64,000 nucleotides of DNA from an uncultured Chloroflexia bacterium (GTDB taxonomy: Bacteria > Chloroflexota > Limnocylindria > Limnocylindrales > CSP1-4). The position numbers and the translations under genes were made by a program. Location: the NCBI GenBank assembly GCA_963833225.1, contig CAWHXD010000019.1:800001-864000 (forward strand). The letters are read 5' to 3'. The notes below the pieces were generated by a model. It was not told the origin of the DNA. It searched no databases and was given only the letters and a program-made list of their open reading frames with translations. The number at the start of each line of letters is the position of its first letter. Positions within the stretch are counted from its first letter, which is position 1. Shown here in pieces: positions 62,654 through 64,000 of the stretch.

Positions 62654-63850
62654 CTACCACGCGGTGGCGGTTGTTCGCTCGGCGATGCCCTCGCTCTCCA
62701 GCCAGCGCTCCGCGTCGATGGCGGCGCGAGCACCGTCGCCGGCGGCCGTCACGGCCTGGCGGTAGCGATGGTCCTGGACGTCACCCGCGATGAACACGCC
62801 GGGGATCCGGCTTGCCGTGTGCTCGTGGGCGACGAGATAGCCCTTCTCGTCGGTCTCCACCCAGTCGCGGAACACGTCCGTGTTGGGCTTGTGGCCGATG
62901 GCGATGAACAGGCCCTCGATGGGCATCTCGCGCAGGTCGCCGGTCCGCGTGTCCTTCAGGCGGAGGCCCTCCACCTTGGCGTCACCCAGGACCTCGTCCA
63001 CGGTCGTGTTGGTGTGGACCTCGATCTTGGGGTTGCCGTAGAGGCGGTCGATCATGATCTTGGAGGCCCGGAAGCCGTCCCGGCGGTGGAGCAGGTGCAC
63101 CTTGGACGCGAACCGCGTGAGGTAGTTGGCCTCCTCCATGGCGGAGTCGCCGCCGCCCACGACCGCGATCTCGCGGTCCCGGAAGAAGAACCCGTCGCAG
63201 GTGGCGCAGGCCGACACTCCGCGCCCCCGCAGGCGCTGCTCGGACTCGATGTTGAGCCACAGCGCCGAGGCGCCCGTCGCGATGATCACCGTCTCGCCGC
63301 GGTACTCGGCGCCCCGGGCCCAGGCCCGGAACGGGCGAGCCGAGAGGTCCACGCGATCGATGTCGACATCCACGAAGTGGGTGCCGAACTTTGCCGCCTG
63401 GGCACGGAACCTGGCCATCAGGTCCGGCCCGTCGATGCCGTCCGGGAAGCCCGGGTAGTTCTCGATCTCGCTGGTCAGCATCAGCTGGCCACCGGGGGCG
63501 GAGCCGGCCAGCACGATCGGCTCGAGGTTGGCCCGCGCCGCGTAGATGGCGGCGGTGAGCCCGGCCGGTCCCGAACCGATGATCAGGACGTGGGATTTCG
63601 TGCGGCCCTCGCCTGCCTCGGGCGCCGACGGTCCGCCGGCAAGCGGGGCGGCGTCAGCGGCACCATCCGCGATGATCGCGATGCCGCCCCCGAACGGGTT
63701 GAGCGGGGTGGCGCCGGTGGGCGTCGCGGCGCTGCCGGCAGGGGTCGCCGGCCCGCCTGCGGGGGTCGCCGGGGCGCCGCCTCCGAAGTTGATCTTGAGC
63801 GACCCGAATGGGTTGGCGCCGTCGCCGTCGCGGCCGGTGTTGTCGGTCAT
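62654..63850 (-). CDS. trxB: Thioredoxin-disulfide reductase with N-terminal extension
   Basis: GSGPAG, GGQL, CATCDGFFF, GGGDSA, HRR, AGDV, RQAVTAAG. Confidence 0.96.
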   Translation of the reverse strand: MTDNTGRDGDGANPFGSLKINFGGGAPATPAGGPATPAGSAATPTGATPLNPFGGGIAIIADGAADAAPLAGGPSAPEAGEGRTKSHVLIIGSGPAGLTAAIYAARANLEPIVLAGSAPGGQLMLTSEIENYPGFPDGIDGPDLMARFRAQAAKFGTHFVDVDIDRVDLSARPFRAWARGAEYRGETVIIATGASALWLNIESEQRLRGRGVSACATCDGFFFRDREIAVVGGGDSAMEEANYLTRFASKVHLLHRRDGFRASKIMIDRLYGNPKIEVHTNTTVDEVLGDAKVEGLRLKDTRTGDLREMPIEGLFIAIGHKPNTDVFRDWVETDEKGYLVAHEHTASRIPGVFIAGDVQDHRYRQAVTAAGDGARAAIDAERWLESEGIAERTTATAW

Positions 63851-63910
63851 CGTGGGATTGTCGTTCCTGTCGTGGCTCTTGTCCTGACGTCACTGTACCA
63901 CGCAGAGCGC

Positions 63911-63927
63911 ATACCCCCCGGGGGTAT
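63911..63927. promoter_or_regulatory. CsoR/RcnR-type operator ATACCCCC-C-GGGGGTAT
   Basis: Perfect 8-bp arms with G/C tracts over the -35 region of the trxB promoter (extended -10 TGGTACAGT at 63900-63892). Confidence 0.75.
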
Positions 63928-63936
63928 CGAGCGGCG

Positions 63937-64000
63937 CTAGGAAAGGGCCTTGAGCGCGGGCACGAGCTCCCCGGCGACCACCTCCATCACGCGTGGATCG
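63937..64000 (-). CDS. 3' end of an upstream gene (partial, unidentified)
   Basis: ...DPRVMEVVAGELVPALKALS*; resembles C-termini of LLM-class oxidoreductases but is too short to assign. Confidence 0.45.
   Translation of the reverse strand, partial: DPRVMEVVAGELVPALKALS

Overview
A very GC-rich, gene-dense bacterial chromosome segment. Gene content and style suggest Chloroflexota (Limnocylindria/Ellin6529-like) or an actinobacterium-like organism; this is an inference. In order it holds: a phosphate/polyphosphate locus (pstSCA divergent from ppx, convergent with CYTH-CHAD and ppk1); an XRE-HTH/nuclease gene; a DUF971-YbjQ operon; an ABC-2 exporter; an AT-richer secreted metzincin plus partner gene; a ligase-fold protein lacking its catalytic residues; S9/C45 peptidases; amtB; pfkB; a GbsR/MarR-ABC exporter; fgd; a galactoside cluster (galK, GH36, GH2, sugar ABC, DeoR, galT); argH; a DUF4242/secreted-protein operon beside a STAND-LuxR regulator; add; an orphan GAF kinase; argCJBRG; an ABC exporter; and trxB. 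I found no rRNA, tRNA, CRISPR array or transposase. At least seven ordinary genes are split by single-base frameshifts, most likely long-read indel errors. The best candidates for something new are: (1) an intact, promoter-bearing pseudo-ligase with a clamp-binding-like QLSF motif; (2) a STAND-LuxR/DUF4242/secreted metal-binding-like module tied together by an 18-bp palindrome with identical promoter geometry at both sites; (3) a Ppx with a ~290-aa basic-helix/acidic-proline extension inside a complete polyP module preceded by PHO-box-like arrays. Leaderless promoters, tandem ARG boxes and a CsoR-type operator before trxB are also readable directly from the sequence.
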